From: a virus
Strand: one strand, 5' to 3'
DNA: 64,000 nucleotides
Virus record (IMG/VR): IMGVR_UViG_3300027759_000075
Span: 1-64,000 of that record
Below are positions 41,101 to 50,795 of the stretch, piece by piece. The notes below the pieces were generated by a model. It did not search any database and was not told the origin of the DNA. It saw only the letters and a program-made list of their open reading frames with translations. The translations under genes and the position numbers were made by a program. Numbering within the stretch: the stretch's first letter is position 1; every line of letters begins with the position of its first letter.

Positions 41101-43418
41101 TAAAGTTTACAACCTTCGCAATCGGCTTCTTCATCAAAGTCAACAACTTCTAACTTTGTTTCTGGTTCATCTTGACCTTTACTACCGGTCTTGTTAATTA
41201 AACTATAATAAAATGTTTTCAGGCCCCAACGGTGTGCCTGCATCAAGTTCTTGGCAATCAGGGTAGTTGGTACTTTGCGGTCGGCAAAGTGTGCTGGATT
41301 ATAAAAAGTGTTGGTACTGATACTTTGATCAACATAAGCAGCAATAACTGCCGCGGTCTTGATATAACCGTCACAGTCTTTCTGTTCCCACATGAGTTGA
41401 TACTTGTTTTTTAACTTGTTGTACTCTGGAGCAACTTGAATTAAACTTCCTGCTTTGCTTTCTTTAACCGTGATCAAGCTCATTGGCATTTCAATACCGT
41501 TGGTTGAGTTAATAACAACTGAACTGGATTCAACCGGAGCCACGGCCATTAGGGTAGCATTACGCACACCGTGAACTTTCATTAGCTCACGTAATTTTTC
41601 CCAGTCTAATTCTGGTTTAAAATTAGCCAACTCATTGACTGCTCTAGCACGACGCTCCCATGGAAACTCTCCCTGGCCATAACGTGTTAATCCGCTATGA
41701 CTGCACGGACCACGTTCCTTGGCTAATTCTACAGTGGCTTCTGTCAAGTAGTAGGCTTGGTGTTCCATCCATGATTTAACTTCTTGTAGAGCATCCTTTT
41801 CACCATACAATAGGCTACGCTTGGCGTGCCAGTAGGCCAAGTTAGTAATACCAATACCCAAAGGCTGGATCTCTTGGTTACTTAACTGTGACTGAATGGA
41901 AAGAAAATCTTGGTAGTCCAGAATATTACACAAGCTACGCTGGAGTATACGACAAGCACGCCGCATGTCTTCTGGATTACGGAAAGCTCCCCAATTGATG
42001 GAACCCAACGTACAAAGAGCGATACGGCCATCGCTGTCATCCAGACGTTTAAAGGATTTAGTAGGAAGAAGTATTTCACAACAAAGGTTACTCTGGTAAA
42101 TGGTATGGAATTCAGGATCAAATGGACCTTGATTCTGAACATTGTCAATGAACACAAGATAGATACGTCCTGTGTCAGTGCGCTCTTTTAATATGCCACC
42201 TTTGAATACATCCTCGGCGGCCATAGTTTTAGTTCTTAAATCCTTACGCTTTTCATACTTGACATATAATTCTTCAAACTGTTCTGTATTCTTGTAAAAA
42301 GCTTCATACAAGTCTGGTACTTCATTAGGATCAAAGAATGTGATTGATTCTTTGTTTTTGAATCTACGCCAAAAGAAACTGTTGAGCACTACACCATAGT
42401 CCATAAAGCGAACTCGGGTTTCTTCAGTGCCTTGATTATTTTTAAGCACGATTAGATCGTCAAATTGATAATGCCAGATAGGATAAAATACCGTGGCACT
42501 TGCGTTACGAATACCACCTTGACTACAACTACGCAAATCACCAAACCACTTTTTTAGGAATGGTATCATGCCTGTATGCATGACTTCTCCGCCGCGAATA
42601 GGAGCACCCAGGGGACGTAGGCGACCAATTTCTAATCCTATGCCGGCACGTTTGGCCGCATACTTGGCCATCATCTCCCCACTAGCAAATATGCTATCCA
42701 GGTTGTCGTCACTGCGGATAAGCACACAACTAGAAAACTGTTTAGTTGGAGTGCCAAGGCCAGCCAGGACAGGTGTAGCAAGAGTAAACAAACCATCTGA
42801 CGCACAGTTGTAATACTCTTTGATGTAACGCATACGTGCCGATCCAGGTTCTTCTTTATGAAAGACCGTAGCGGCCGCGACCATATACCTAATTTGTGGA
42901 GTCTCGTAGATCTCCTTTGTAGCGCGATTGCGTACAAGATACTTCTCAATAAGTTGTTCAATAGCTGCATAACTGTATTCCTCATCTTTGTCATGGTCAA
43001 GCATGTCGTTCATGCGGTTCCAATCTTCTTGGGTATACCACTCAAGAAGTTCAGATGTGTATAAGCCTGTGTCTACGTTTTTCTTTACAATTTCATATAG
43101 ATGCGGAACATCATATGTTCCATACACATCTTTACGCAACATACTCAGGCGTTGTTTACCTGCTACATATTGATAATTGGTGTGACCTACATCTGGATTT
43201 GATTCTATATCAATTAAGTCCACAATAGCTCGCAATGTAATACCATCAATTTCTGTCGTGGTAATGCCATCGTAGAAATGCAATTGTGCTTTGATCTCAA
43301 TCATACTTTGACTTACGTCAGCAATGCCTTGACAGACTTTGGCAACCTGTGCCTGCCACTTTTCAATATGCAGTGGCTCTTTTTGTCCGCTTCTTTTAAC
43401 TACTGTAATCTGCGTCAT
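41100..43418 (-). CDS. nrdA: Class Ia ribonucleotide reductase alpha subunit
   Basis: ATP cone VVKRSG, SSC, SNLCCE, KTFYY, CEGC. Confidence 0.97.
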   Translation of the reverse strand: MTQITVVKRSGQKEPLHIEKWQAQVAKVCQGIADVSQSMIEIKAQLHFYDGITTTEIDGITLRAIVDLIDIESNPDVGHTNYQYVAGKQRLSMLRKDVYGTYDVPHLYEIVKKNVDTGLYTSELLEWYTQEDWNRMNDMLDHDKDEEYSYAAIEQLIEKYLVRNRATKEIYETPQIRYMVAAATVFHKEEPGSARMRYIKEYYNCASDGLFTLATPVLAGLGTPTKQFSSCVLIRSDDNLDSIFASGEMMAKYAAKRAGIGLEIGRLRPLGAPIRGGEVMHTGMIPFLKKWFGDLRSCSQGGIRNASATVFYPIWHYQFDDLIVLKNNQGTEETRVRFMDYGVVLNSFFWRRFKNKESITFFDPNEVPDLYEAFYKNTEQFEELYVKYEKRKDLRTKTMAAEDVFKGGILKERTDTGRIYLVFIDNVQNQGPFDPEFHTIYQSNLCCEILLPTKSFKRLDDSDGRIALCTLGSINWGAFRNPEDMRRACRILQRSLCNILDYQDFLSIQSQLSNQEIQPLGIGITNLAYWHAKRSLLYGEKDALQEVKSWMEHQAYYLTEATVELAKERGPCSHSGLTRYGQGEFPWERRARAVNELANFKPELDWEKLRELMKVHGVRNATLMAVAPVESSSVVINSTNGIEMPMSLITVKESKAGSLIQVAPEYNKLKNKYQLMWEQKDCDGYIKTAAVIAAYVDQSISTNTFYNPAHFADRKVPTTLIAKNLMQAHRWGLKTFYYSLINKTGSKGQDEPETKLEVVDFDEEADCEGCKL

Positions 43419-43452
43419 TAATACTCTCTATTCTTAATTGTACTGTTTACTG

Positions 43453-43869
43453 CTAGATAATTTGGTCCAGCTGGTATTGCCTTTTGATTTTTACTTTAGT
43501 GAAGGTATTTACGACCTGTTCAGCTTGCCAATTAAGTATATATTTTTCTTTTGCAACCTGTACTAAATTACTGCCATCTTCAGTCAAAACCAAGGTTGTA
43601 GGCGCCATATCCGCACGATCCAGCATACTGATAGTATACACTATTCCAAGCCCTCTTGCAAGATCGCAATAGACATCATCGCTCAAAAGTTGCCAGGGAT
43701 CGGGCCAGGCGGATTGATCATCCCAATGTAGGTAATATGGTCGCCATGGGGCCGTAAACCACCAGGCATTGATGTCTTCAAGTGCTGATTCTATGGATAG
43801 ATTTTGAACTTGATCTCGTAGCTGGTTCCAGCTTTCCAGCCGGGCAGAAAATGTAGAGGGCCAGATCAA
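43453..43869 (-). CDS. Hypothetical, transglutaminase/BTLCP-like
   Basis: WPDPWQLL....YCD. Confidence 0.45.
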   Translation of the reverse strand: MIWPSTFSARLESWNQLRDQVQNLSIESALEDINAWWFTAPWRPYYLHWDDQSAWPDPWQLLSDDVYCDLARGLGIVYTISMLDRADMAPTTLVLTEDGSNLVQVAKEKYILNWQAEQVVNTFTKVKIKRQYQLDQII

Positions 43870-45458
43870 GCTAGGTATGTGATACTATAGGTCATTGTGG
43901 CATTGGTGCCAGCGTTGTCAGCAGTGTAAGTTAGACTAACTATGTCGCCTGCTTGATCAACTGTTAAGGTAACACCAGTGTTGTTGTTTTCTACATAGTC
44001 GTCGCTGGAGGTGATTCCTAGACTAGAATCTCCAACGTCGGTGGCTACCATGATAGTACCGGTACGATATACAGGACCTCTCACAATAGTGTAGTTGACA
44101 CTGAATGCTCGAATTGTTGTAGCATTGAGTTCAAACACAGTACCTGTGTCATTGTCGGTTAGCGTGGCCGAGTCGCCACTTTCACGTGTGTATGTGCCCA
44201 TGGCCAACTGACCACCGTTGGTGGTGGCTATGCTGACAGTGTTGTTGAGATCAATTCTAGGATAGGTTGTGGCAAATGTATCAGTGCGTTCAAACAGATC
44301 GCTGATACTGACGTTGTTGTTGCTTTGTATGCTGATAATGCTGGTAGCAGGCGTGCCTGTGCTGCCTGTAAAGTGGTTGCCCACATCATAAAAAATGTTA
44401 TGACCACTGGCATTGATTGCCAACACAAGATTGCTGCCAAATACAATACCCTCGGCATAGATATCGTCAAACAGGTTGCCTACAATTCTTGTGCCAGTTG
44501 GACCACCATTGGTCACTGCCGCGGTTCCTAGCACAACACCTCTGTATAAAGTATTAAACTGACTGGTAGAAACGGTAACTGCTTTAGTTTGCTGGTTAGT
44601 GTTGATGCCCCATACTAGTCCAGAGAACACACAACCATCAAAGGTAATTTGTTCACAAACAAGACTGCTGGTGCTGGCAAAACTTACACCAATACTTCCG
44701 TTAGCATCAGAGTCTAAGTCTGCAGTAGTTGATACTCCACGAAATCCTACATTTTGAAAACGACAATTAGTAGCGTCTTGAACTAGGAACACACTGCCTG
44801 TAGGATCAGAGTGTGTGAATCCCATGTTGGTAATGGTAATATATTGAGGTGTTATTGCGCCAGCATCACCAATGTTTACTCCTATGTTTTGTAAACTATC
44901 CGCCGTGCGTGATACATAATCGTCAACACCAGAATCCATAACAATTAAAGAATTGTCTCCACCTTCACCTACTAATGTGGCATAAGGAGGAATCTTAATA
45001 GCACTGGTCACACGATATACACCAGCTGGAAAAAACAAACTGCGGCGTATTTGTGGATTTACTTCTCTGCAATACAGTTGATACAAGGCACGATTGATGG
45101 CCGCAGTATCATCTGTAACTCCATCACCTGTTGCACCAAAGTCCAACACACTGGCAAACTGATCCAACCATGATTGCAAACTTAAGGTTATTGGATCGCC
45201 AGCAGTGGGTCCTGTTTGTACAGTATACCCAGCGGCTTGACCTTTGTAGGTGTAAGTGTTAGTGAAGTTTAAAATGTCACTGAATTCTGTTAAGATTTCA
45301 GTGTTGCCAATAACCGGGGCGCCATCTTGTAGTGTACCATTACCAATCCATAACTGGCGGGTGTCTGTTGACCAGCCCAATTCTGCACCAGCTAACTGTG
45401 GTAAATTTTCTGCTAACCCTTTGCGGTTAGTAATTTGAGAGATCTGTACAATGGCCAA
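43866..45458 (-). CDS. Tailspike-like protein (Mtd-N-like plus beta-helix)
   Basis: LPQLAGAELGW..D...LWIGNG; DFGATGDGVTDDTAAI..FPAGVY. Confidence 0.8.
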   Translation of the reverse strand: MAIVQISQITNRKGLAENLPQLAGAELGWSTDTRQLWIGNGTLQDGAPVIGNTEILTEFSDILNFTNTYTYKGQAAGYTVQTGPTAGDPITLSLQSWLDQFASVLDFGATGDGVTDDTAAINRALYQLYCREVNPQIRRSLFFPAGVYRVTSAIKIPPYATLVGEGGDNSLIVMDSGVDDYVSRTADSLQNIGVNIGDAGAITPQYITITNMGFTHSDPTGSVFLVQDATNCRFQNVGFRGVSTTADLDSDANGSIGVSFASTSSLVCEQITFDGCVFSGLVWGINTNQQTKAVTVSTSQFNTLYRGVVLGTAAVTNGGPTGTRIVGNLFDDIYAEGIVFGSNLVLAINASGHNIFYDVGNHFTGSTGTPATSIISIQSNNNVSISDLFERTDTFATTYPRIDLNNTVSIATTNGGQLAMGTYTRESGDSATLTDNDTGTVFELNATTIRAFSVNYTIVRGPVYRTGTIMVATDVGDSSLGITSSDDYVENNNTGVTLTVDQAGDIVSLTYTADNAGTNATMTYSITYLA

Positions 45459-45495
45459 TTTAGTCTTCCTTGAATTCTATCCAGTATTTAGCTGG

Positions 45496-46209
45496 TTAGG
45501 CCAGTAGGTAGTACTGCTCTAATCTGCGCCACCAAGCATCAGACCAGTAGCTAAAATCCTCAGGTTTTAGTATGAATTCTTGATAAACCGGACGGGCCAA
45601 TGGGTTCCCCATGTCGTCTACTGGCGGCTTTACTGCCATTAGCACTACACCCTTGCGTATGTTGGTTCCATACACTTCATTGTGTGCCAGTGCATAGGCT
45701 GTAAGCTGTAAGTAATAGTCTTCAATCCACTCCGCTTTTTTAGGTTTGTTAGTCTGTTTAAAGTCCAGGATACTTTCGTCTTGTTGATGAATGCCTACAC
45801 AGTCTGTTGTGCCTGCATACAGCTTGGGAAAATACAAAGGAATTTCTACACCCCAAAATTCATTAACATTTACCAGTCCGTCTTCAATCACAGTCTGTGC
45901 CATGGCATGACTGGCCCAGCCAAACGGATTTGTTCCACGGTCCTTTAGTTCACCTTCTTTTACATAATGCTCTAGATAGGTGTGCATTCTGGTGCCGCGG
46001 TTGGCAGCTTCTGTGGTAATTTGTTGTGCTTTGGCATGCCCTACATTTTTACGCCACTGTTCTAGTGCGGCTTTAGTTTCAGCGGGTTTGGTCTTGTCTA
46101 GGATAGTGGTTACACTAGGTACTCGGCTACCATCTGGGGTAGAATACAAGCGTCGGCCTTCATCTGTGGTACGACTTAGTTCATGATAGATAAATTTTGG
46201 ATTATACAT
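45496..46209 (-). CDS. PD-(D/E)xK exonuclease
   Basis: PSVTTIL, RGT.MH, AGTTD, DFKQ, QL.AY. Confidence 0.88.
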   Translation of the reverse strand: MYNPKFIYHELSRTTDEGRRLYSTPDGSRVPSVTTILDKTKPAETKAALEQWRKNVGHAKAQQITTEAANRGTRMHTYLEHYVKEGELKDRGTNPFGWASHAMAQTVIEDGLVNVNEFWGVEIPLYFPKLYAGTTDCVGIHQQDESILDFKQTNKPKKAEWIEDYYLQLTAYALAHNEVYGTNIRKGVVLMAVKPPVDDMGNPLARPVYQEFILKPEDFSYWSDAWWRRLEQYYLLA

Positions 46210-46215
46210 CAAGTT

Positions 46216-46244
46216 AGTATAACAGAATTATTGGACAGAGTCAA
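46216..46244 (-). promoter_or_regulatory. Sigma70 promoter (leaderless geometry)
   Basis: TTGACT-N17-TATACT-N6-ATG. Confidence 0.75.
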
Positions 46245-46245
46245 G

Positions 46246-46830
46246 TTAAACAAGTTCATATCTTGCTGTACCTCTATTAAAAATAACAAGACCCTGTTTG
46301 ACTAATTCAAATATAATAGATTCAGATTCGGCATGTAATTTATTATGTTCTGCTACTGTAGTTAAAAATAAATTTTCAAGTTTATTATTTCTTTTATTAC
46401 CGTCTATATGATGTACTATTTCCCCTTTTTCTATTCGACGTTGTAAATAGGTTTCCATTACAAATATATGTTCTCGAATACATCTATATCCGCCCGGGCG
46501 ATAAGGATAATCTTTACCAATATATACTTCTGGATAGCCTTCTTTACCTGAGATTACTGTTCCAATTCTATTTGTAAATTTATTTTTAATTTTTGCTTGA
46601 TATCCTGCAGATCCCGCTAATTTTGCTACACCTATTTTAGAAATACAATTTTTACAGTAGGATTTAGATTCTGGGTCATATATTTTGCCATTTTTTGCTT
46701 TAGTAAATTCAGCAAAACAATGATCACATTTCCAGCGTATTATTTTTTTGGTTCTGGTATATTCTGAAAGTTTACCAAATTTGCTTTTCTTTGTGTAATT
46801 ATTTGTTTCTGTTAATTCTTCTATAAACAT
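46246..46830 (-). mobile_element. HNH homing endonuclease
   Basis: REH..VHHIDGNKRNN.LENL..EH..LH; N-terminal CxxC pairs; AT-rich. Confidence 0.85.
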
Positions 46831-46897
46831 AATTTCTCCTATATTTTATTTATCCACAAGAGGATATTTTATAGGATTTTTATTATCTAATGGATTG

Positions 46898-47218
46898 TTA
46901 AATGCGGAAGCTAGTACCGCAACCACAGCGGTCTTTTTCCAAGGGATTTATAAATTCAAAGCCTTCGTTTAGACCCTGGCGTACATAGTCTACTTCTAAT
47001 CCTTCAAGATATGCAGAACTTTTAGGATCAACTACAACCACAAATCCATCTTGCTCAAAGGCAATATCCTCTGAATTTACAGTATCAATATATTCCAACA
47101 CATAAGCAAGTCCAGAACATCCGGTAGTTCTTACACCCAGACGAATACCCATGCCCCGACCACGTTTGTTTAAATTGGCCACAATTTTTTTAGCGGCTAT
47201 TTCAGTCACTGATATCAT
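46898..47218 (-). CDS. iscA: Fe-S carrier IscA
   Basis: GCSG, CGCG.SF. Confidence 0.95.
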   Translation of the reverse strand: MISVTEIAAKKIVANLNKRGRGMGIRLGVRTTGCSGLAYVLEYIDTVNSEDIAFEQDGFVVVVDPKSSAYLEGLEVDYVRQGLNEGFEFINPLEKDRCGCGTSFRI

Positions 47219-47589
47219 TAGTGTTTGCTTTTGTAATCTGCTACTGCAGCCTTAATAGCGTCTTCCGCAAGGATACTACAATGGATCTTAACTGGCGGGA
47301 GTGCAAGTTCCTCTGCAATTTGAGAGTTCTTAATTGCTCCGGCCTCGTCCAGCGTTTTGCCCTTGACCCATTCTGTGACAAGTGAGCTCGAAGCGATCGC
47401 CGACCCACAACCATAAGTTTTGAATTTTGCATCTGTTATAATTCCATCTTCAACTCGGATCTGTAATTTCATCACGTCACCGCAAGCGGGGGCTCCCACC
47501 ATGCCAGTGCCAACAGTATCATCTATTTCTAATTTTCCAACGTTGCGTGGATTTTCGTAGTGATCAATTACTTTTTCTGAATAGGCCAT
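47218..47589 (-). CDS. iscU: Fe-S scaffold IscU
   Basis: NPRNVG, APACGD, GCGSA, LPPVKIHC. Confidence 0.97.
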   Translation of the reverse strand: MAYSEKVIDHYENPRNVGKLEIDDTVGTGMVGAPACGDVMKLQIRVEDGIITDAKFKTYGCGSAIASSSLVTEWVKGKTLDEAGAIKNSQIAEELALPPVKIHCSILAEDAIKAAVADYKSKH

Positions 47590-47644
47590 TGTATACTCCT
47601 TTGTGTATTATAACATGTTACCAAATTATTTACAACCGTTTTGA

Positions 47645-47980
47645 TTAAGAACGACGCTTCATTGCCGCTTTGGCATTAGAATCTACTACCGCACGGGCTT
47701 GGTCCACGCTCATGCCAGTAGCAACCTCTGTGTCACCTTTGAATCGAACCACATTAGAATTTGGTTCCAATGGCTCTAGTATGTTGCTCAGTGGTTCTTG
47801 ACTGATTAGGTCGCCTAAATTGTCTGCGGTAACATTCACTCCTAAACTCTTGGCTAGATCAATAAAAGCTGTTTGACTGATTTGTTTTTTGGCCGTTTCG
47901 TCTTGACTGCGTCCAAGCAAAAACTGGCTTAATGCAGCCAGTCGTTGTGTGTTAGGGTCTGCAACTTCGCGGATTAACAT
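47645..47980 (-). CDS. Putative head protein
   Basis: MLIRE start. Confidence 0.55.
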   Translation of the reverse strand: MLIREVADPNTQRLAALSQFLLGRSQDETAKKQISQTAFIDLAKSLGVNVTADNLGDLISQEPLSNILEPLEPNSNVVRFKGDTEVATGMSVDQARAVVDSNAKAAMKRRS

Positions 47981-48828
47981 TATCTACGTTCACGTCCTAG
48001 ACCAGCGGGTTCAATATTGGCATCCATTTCTGCATCAATATCTTCTTCACCGTTGACGGTTGGAATTTCAGCATCAATAGCAACTTCCTCTTGACCTGGC
48101 ACAGGTGGTGCAGGTTCTTCACCTGGAACAGTAGGAGCTTGCCCAGTTACTACGCCCAATGCCTGCTCCAGTTGAGTCTTGGCGCCTTGCAAATTTTGTA
48201 ACAGTCCAGCCAATGCAGCTGTAGCGTCTGTGTTAAACTGCATGGCTTGATCAACCCCAACTTCGTTCTTGATCTGGTCAACCAAGGCTGGTAAATCTTT
48301 AAACTGCATGGCACTGATTTGTTCACTCATTTTTTGCACTTGGTCAACCATGTCTTGACTGGCCAACACAACTTGAGCCTGCTGAACTTCGCTAGCTTCG
48401 CGCAATCGACGAGCAATTTTGCTTTCTGCCATGGCCATCATTGTAGGATCGTTCATTTGTTTTTGCAATTGGGCAATTTCTTCTTGTTTGGCTCGGATAG
48501 TGTCTTGTATTTGCTTTTTCTTTTGTTGAACCTGGGCGGCCATCAAGGCTTGTTGTTGTTGAGGATTAGCAGCGGGTTGACCTGCAACAGCTTGAGTGGC
48601 TAGAGCCTGCTCTAACATTACCAATTTAAGATATGCTGGGTTACGTTCACTTTGATGGAACTCAGGAGTGCGACGGTGTTCGCTGATCAATGAGCGTACA
48701 CGGTTTAATAGGCCTTGAGCTTGGCGGCGAGAAATAGTATCAAATTTGATACTGGTTCCAAAATAGCTTTCAAAAACCTTAGCGGCTTGTTTTGTTGGGT
48801 TGGCTACGGCCAGTTCTTGCAGTTTCAT
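47980..48828 (-). CDS. Putative prohead core/scaffold protein
   Basis: MKLQE start, LRE site, coiled coil, acidic tail. Confidence 0.55.
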   Translation of the reverse strand: MKLQELAVANPTKQAAKVFESYFGTSIKFDTISRRQAQGLLNRVRSLISEHRRTPEFHQSERNPAYLKLVMLEQALATQAVAGQPAANPQQQQALMAAQVQQKKKQIQDTIRAKQEEIAQLQKQMNDPTMMAMAESKIARRLREASEVQQAQVVLASQDMVDQVQKMSEQISAMQFKDLPALVDQIKNEVGVDQAMQFNTDATAALAGLLQNLQGAKTQLEQALGVVTGQAPTVPGEEPAPPVPGQEEVAIDAEIPTVNGEEDIDAEMDANIEPAGLGRERR

Positions 48829-49276
48829 TATCGAATCCCTTTTGTTGAATATATTTAGCCCATTCTACACATTTGGTTAGTTGATTTTCTAGTTGTTTTT
48901 TGTGTATGATCTTGCTTTCTAGCTTGGTTAAAATAGTTTCACGTAACGCTGGGCTTTGACTACGGTCACCTACAGCAGCTCTAGCATTGATATCCTGTGT
49001 CAATGCATTTAATTTGTTGTCTACTGTTAGCAGTTCACGTGCTGTATTGTAGGCACGGTTTTTGTCGGCTATACACCAACTGAGTGCAGTTTTAGTACTG
49101 TGGAATGTGCCCACTTCTGTGGCTGAACAAAATACTTGGTATCCAGGACGCAACGGAACAATGCGATATCGTCCAAATGCTTCGTATTCGCCTGCATCGG
49201 TTTGCCAGATCAAATTAGGAGTAATATTCTTAAATTCCTGGCGAAACAGGCGTTCAAATTCTTGGTCTGGCTTCAT
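48779..49276 (-). CDS. Hypothetical protein
   Basis: Coupled ORF. Confidence 0.6.
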   Translation of the reverse strand: MKPDQEFERLFRQEFKNITPNLIWQTDAGEYEAFGRYRIVPLRPGYQVFCSATEVGTFHSTKTALSWCIADKNRAYNTARELLTVDNKLNALTQDINARAAVGDRSQSPALRETILTKLESKIIHKKQLENQLTKCVEWAKYIQQKGFDNETARTGRSQPNKTSR

Positions 49277-49536
49277 TTAAGAACGTAGTGAGATATAAGA
49301 TAAATTACCGAAGCTGCTAAAAATCCAATGATTCCAACACCCCACCCAATTAATCTATCTGTGTTTTTTTCACTTAACTTACTTACACTGGATTTAACTT
49401 CTTGTACCATAGTGCAAAGATGTGCAATGCTTTCGCTCATGGCGGACATTTTATCTTCTAGTGCATTATAGCGTTCAGCACACAGTTCCACATGCGCTTC
49501 TAGGCTTTTCTTTTCAATATCCGTAGCTTCAATCAT
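49273..49536 (-). CDS. Coiled-coil plus C-terminal TM protein
   Basis: SLEAHVELCAERY; TM tail. Confidence 0.65.
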   Translation of the reverse strand: MIEATDIEKKSLEAHVELCAERYNALEDKMSAMSESIAHLCTMVQEVKSSVSKLSEKNTDRLIGWGVGIIGFLAASVIYLISHYVLK

Positions 49537-49580
49537 AGTATTTTCTCTATTTTTGTGGATCGGCTCTTGTGCAGATCCTA

Positions 49581-50009
49581 TTAATTATTTATGGAAATAG
49601 GTGCAAACCAAATGTTTTGTTTGGGTCCGTCGGTGACTAAAATAGATTCAATATCTGGAGTGTTATTGAGTTCACGCAACATAGGAACTCCGTTGGCATC
49701 TGCTCTTAGCACTTGTGTAGGGTCGTTGTTGGGGCCATAAATGCCATCGGTTTCTGTTTCAAATTCAAACATCCATCGAGTACCAGTTTGATCCGGTATT
49801 GGGTCGGTAAGAGCAAATAATTGTGTGCGAAGGCCCAGGATTTGTGTAAGTGTTTCCCAATTGCGTTGTTGATTACGACTGCGATTCCAAGATTCAGTAT
49901 CTTGTATCAATTGTCCAGCACGATCCCGGAATGGCATATGAGCTGATTTAAAATGACCAGTTATGCCGGTCACGGTAATATCAAATTGAGTTTGACAGGC
50001 AAACTTCAT
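49581..50009 (-). CDS. Hypothetical protein
   Basis: FDIT.TG..RNQQRNWET..Q. Confidence 0.6.
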   Translation of the reverse strand: MKFACQTQFDITVTGITGHFKSAHMPFRDRAGQLIQDTESWNRSRNQQRNWETLTQILGLRTQLFALTDPIPDQTGTRWMFEFETETDGIYGPNNDPTQVLRADANGVPMLRELNNTPDIESILVTDGPKQNIWFAPISINN

Positions 50010-50260
50010 TTGGAGTTCCTACCGAGTTCATATAGGATTTCAACCTGTTCACACAAGTGGTCGAGTTCTGGATCGTCTCGTCGAGCTTGTAAAATTTCTA
50101 CCCAACGTTTTGAATTTTCTAAATCTTTAAGTTCTTGTTGCAAGGCCGGATCTTGACTGTACAATTCTCGGTTGGTATTACCGGGTTGCCGGGCATATAC
50201 TGTACGTCCACCATCAGGACTTTCAAATATTGTTACTTCGGTAATTTTATTAACCATCAT
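50006..50260 (-). CDS. Hypothetical protein
   Basis: IFESPDGGRTVYAR. Confidence 0.6.
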   Translation of the reverse strand: MMVNKITEVTIFESPDGGRTVYARQPGNTNRELYSQDPALQQELKDLENSKRWVEILQARRDDPELDHLCEQVEILYELGRNSK

Positions 50261-50292
50261 ACCAGTATTTAAGTTATTATATTAAAGTCAAC

Positions 50293-50316
50293 AAAAAACC
50301 CACCGAAGTGGGTTTT
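50293..50316 (-). terminator. Rho-independent terminator
   Basis: CCCAC-UUCG-GUGGG-U6. Confidence 0.9.
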
Positions 50317-50336
50317 GAGCATCAATAAAAAATTGA

Positions 50337-50726
50337 TTAGGTTGACAACTTGAAACCAACATTGGTTGAGCTGTTGATTTGATTAACACCAACAACACCA
50401 GCTGTGTTAGCTGCAGCTGTTGCAACTGTGGTGTTAGCAAATGCGCCAGTAGGATAGAGACCAACGCTGAGGGCTGTGCCATCAACTTGATACATCGCAA
50501 CTGTGGTTGTTTGCTGAAGAGCTTGCAACACGTTAGCCACGAAACCGTTAACTTCACCTTGTGTGTTCATTGTGTTAGCAGCAACGAAACGGAAAAAGTC
50601 TAGTTTAGGACCTTGTGGTTGAACTGAATTACCAGCTAGGCTGGTACTTTGTGGCAATGGACCATTCAATGTGTCTAATGCAAATACTGGTTGTGATCCA
50701 CCAGAAACTACGGTAATATAAGCCAT
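50337..50726 (-). CDS. Probable abundant virion (decoration-type) protein
   Basis: Own TAAATA promoter, strong RBS, own terminator; A/T/N/V-rich. Confidence 0.6.
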   Translation of the reverse strand: MAYITVVSGGSQPVFALDTLNGPLPQSTSLAGNSVQPQGPKLDFFRFVAANTMNTQGEVNGFVANVLQALQQTTTVAMYQVDGTALSVGLYPTGAFANTTVATAAANTAGVVGVNQINSSTNVGFKLST

Positions 50727-50795
50727 TTTAAATCTCCTTAATATATGGACACTGAGGTCCTGCTAATATTTACCTTTTGGGACAAAAAAGTAGAG

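Noticed and set aside
41100-43418. Intron or intein in nrdA, nrdB or the helicase
   Set aside because: Lengths are normal and motifs are contiguous
43866-45458. Diversity-generating retroelement target
   Set aside because: Only an Mtd-like N-terminus; no reverse transcriptase or TR/VR pair in the window
45496-46209. Cas4/CRISPR system
   Set aside because: No Fe-S cysteines, no cas genes, no array; ordinary phage exonuclease
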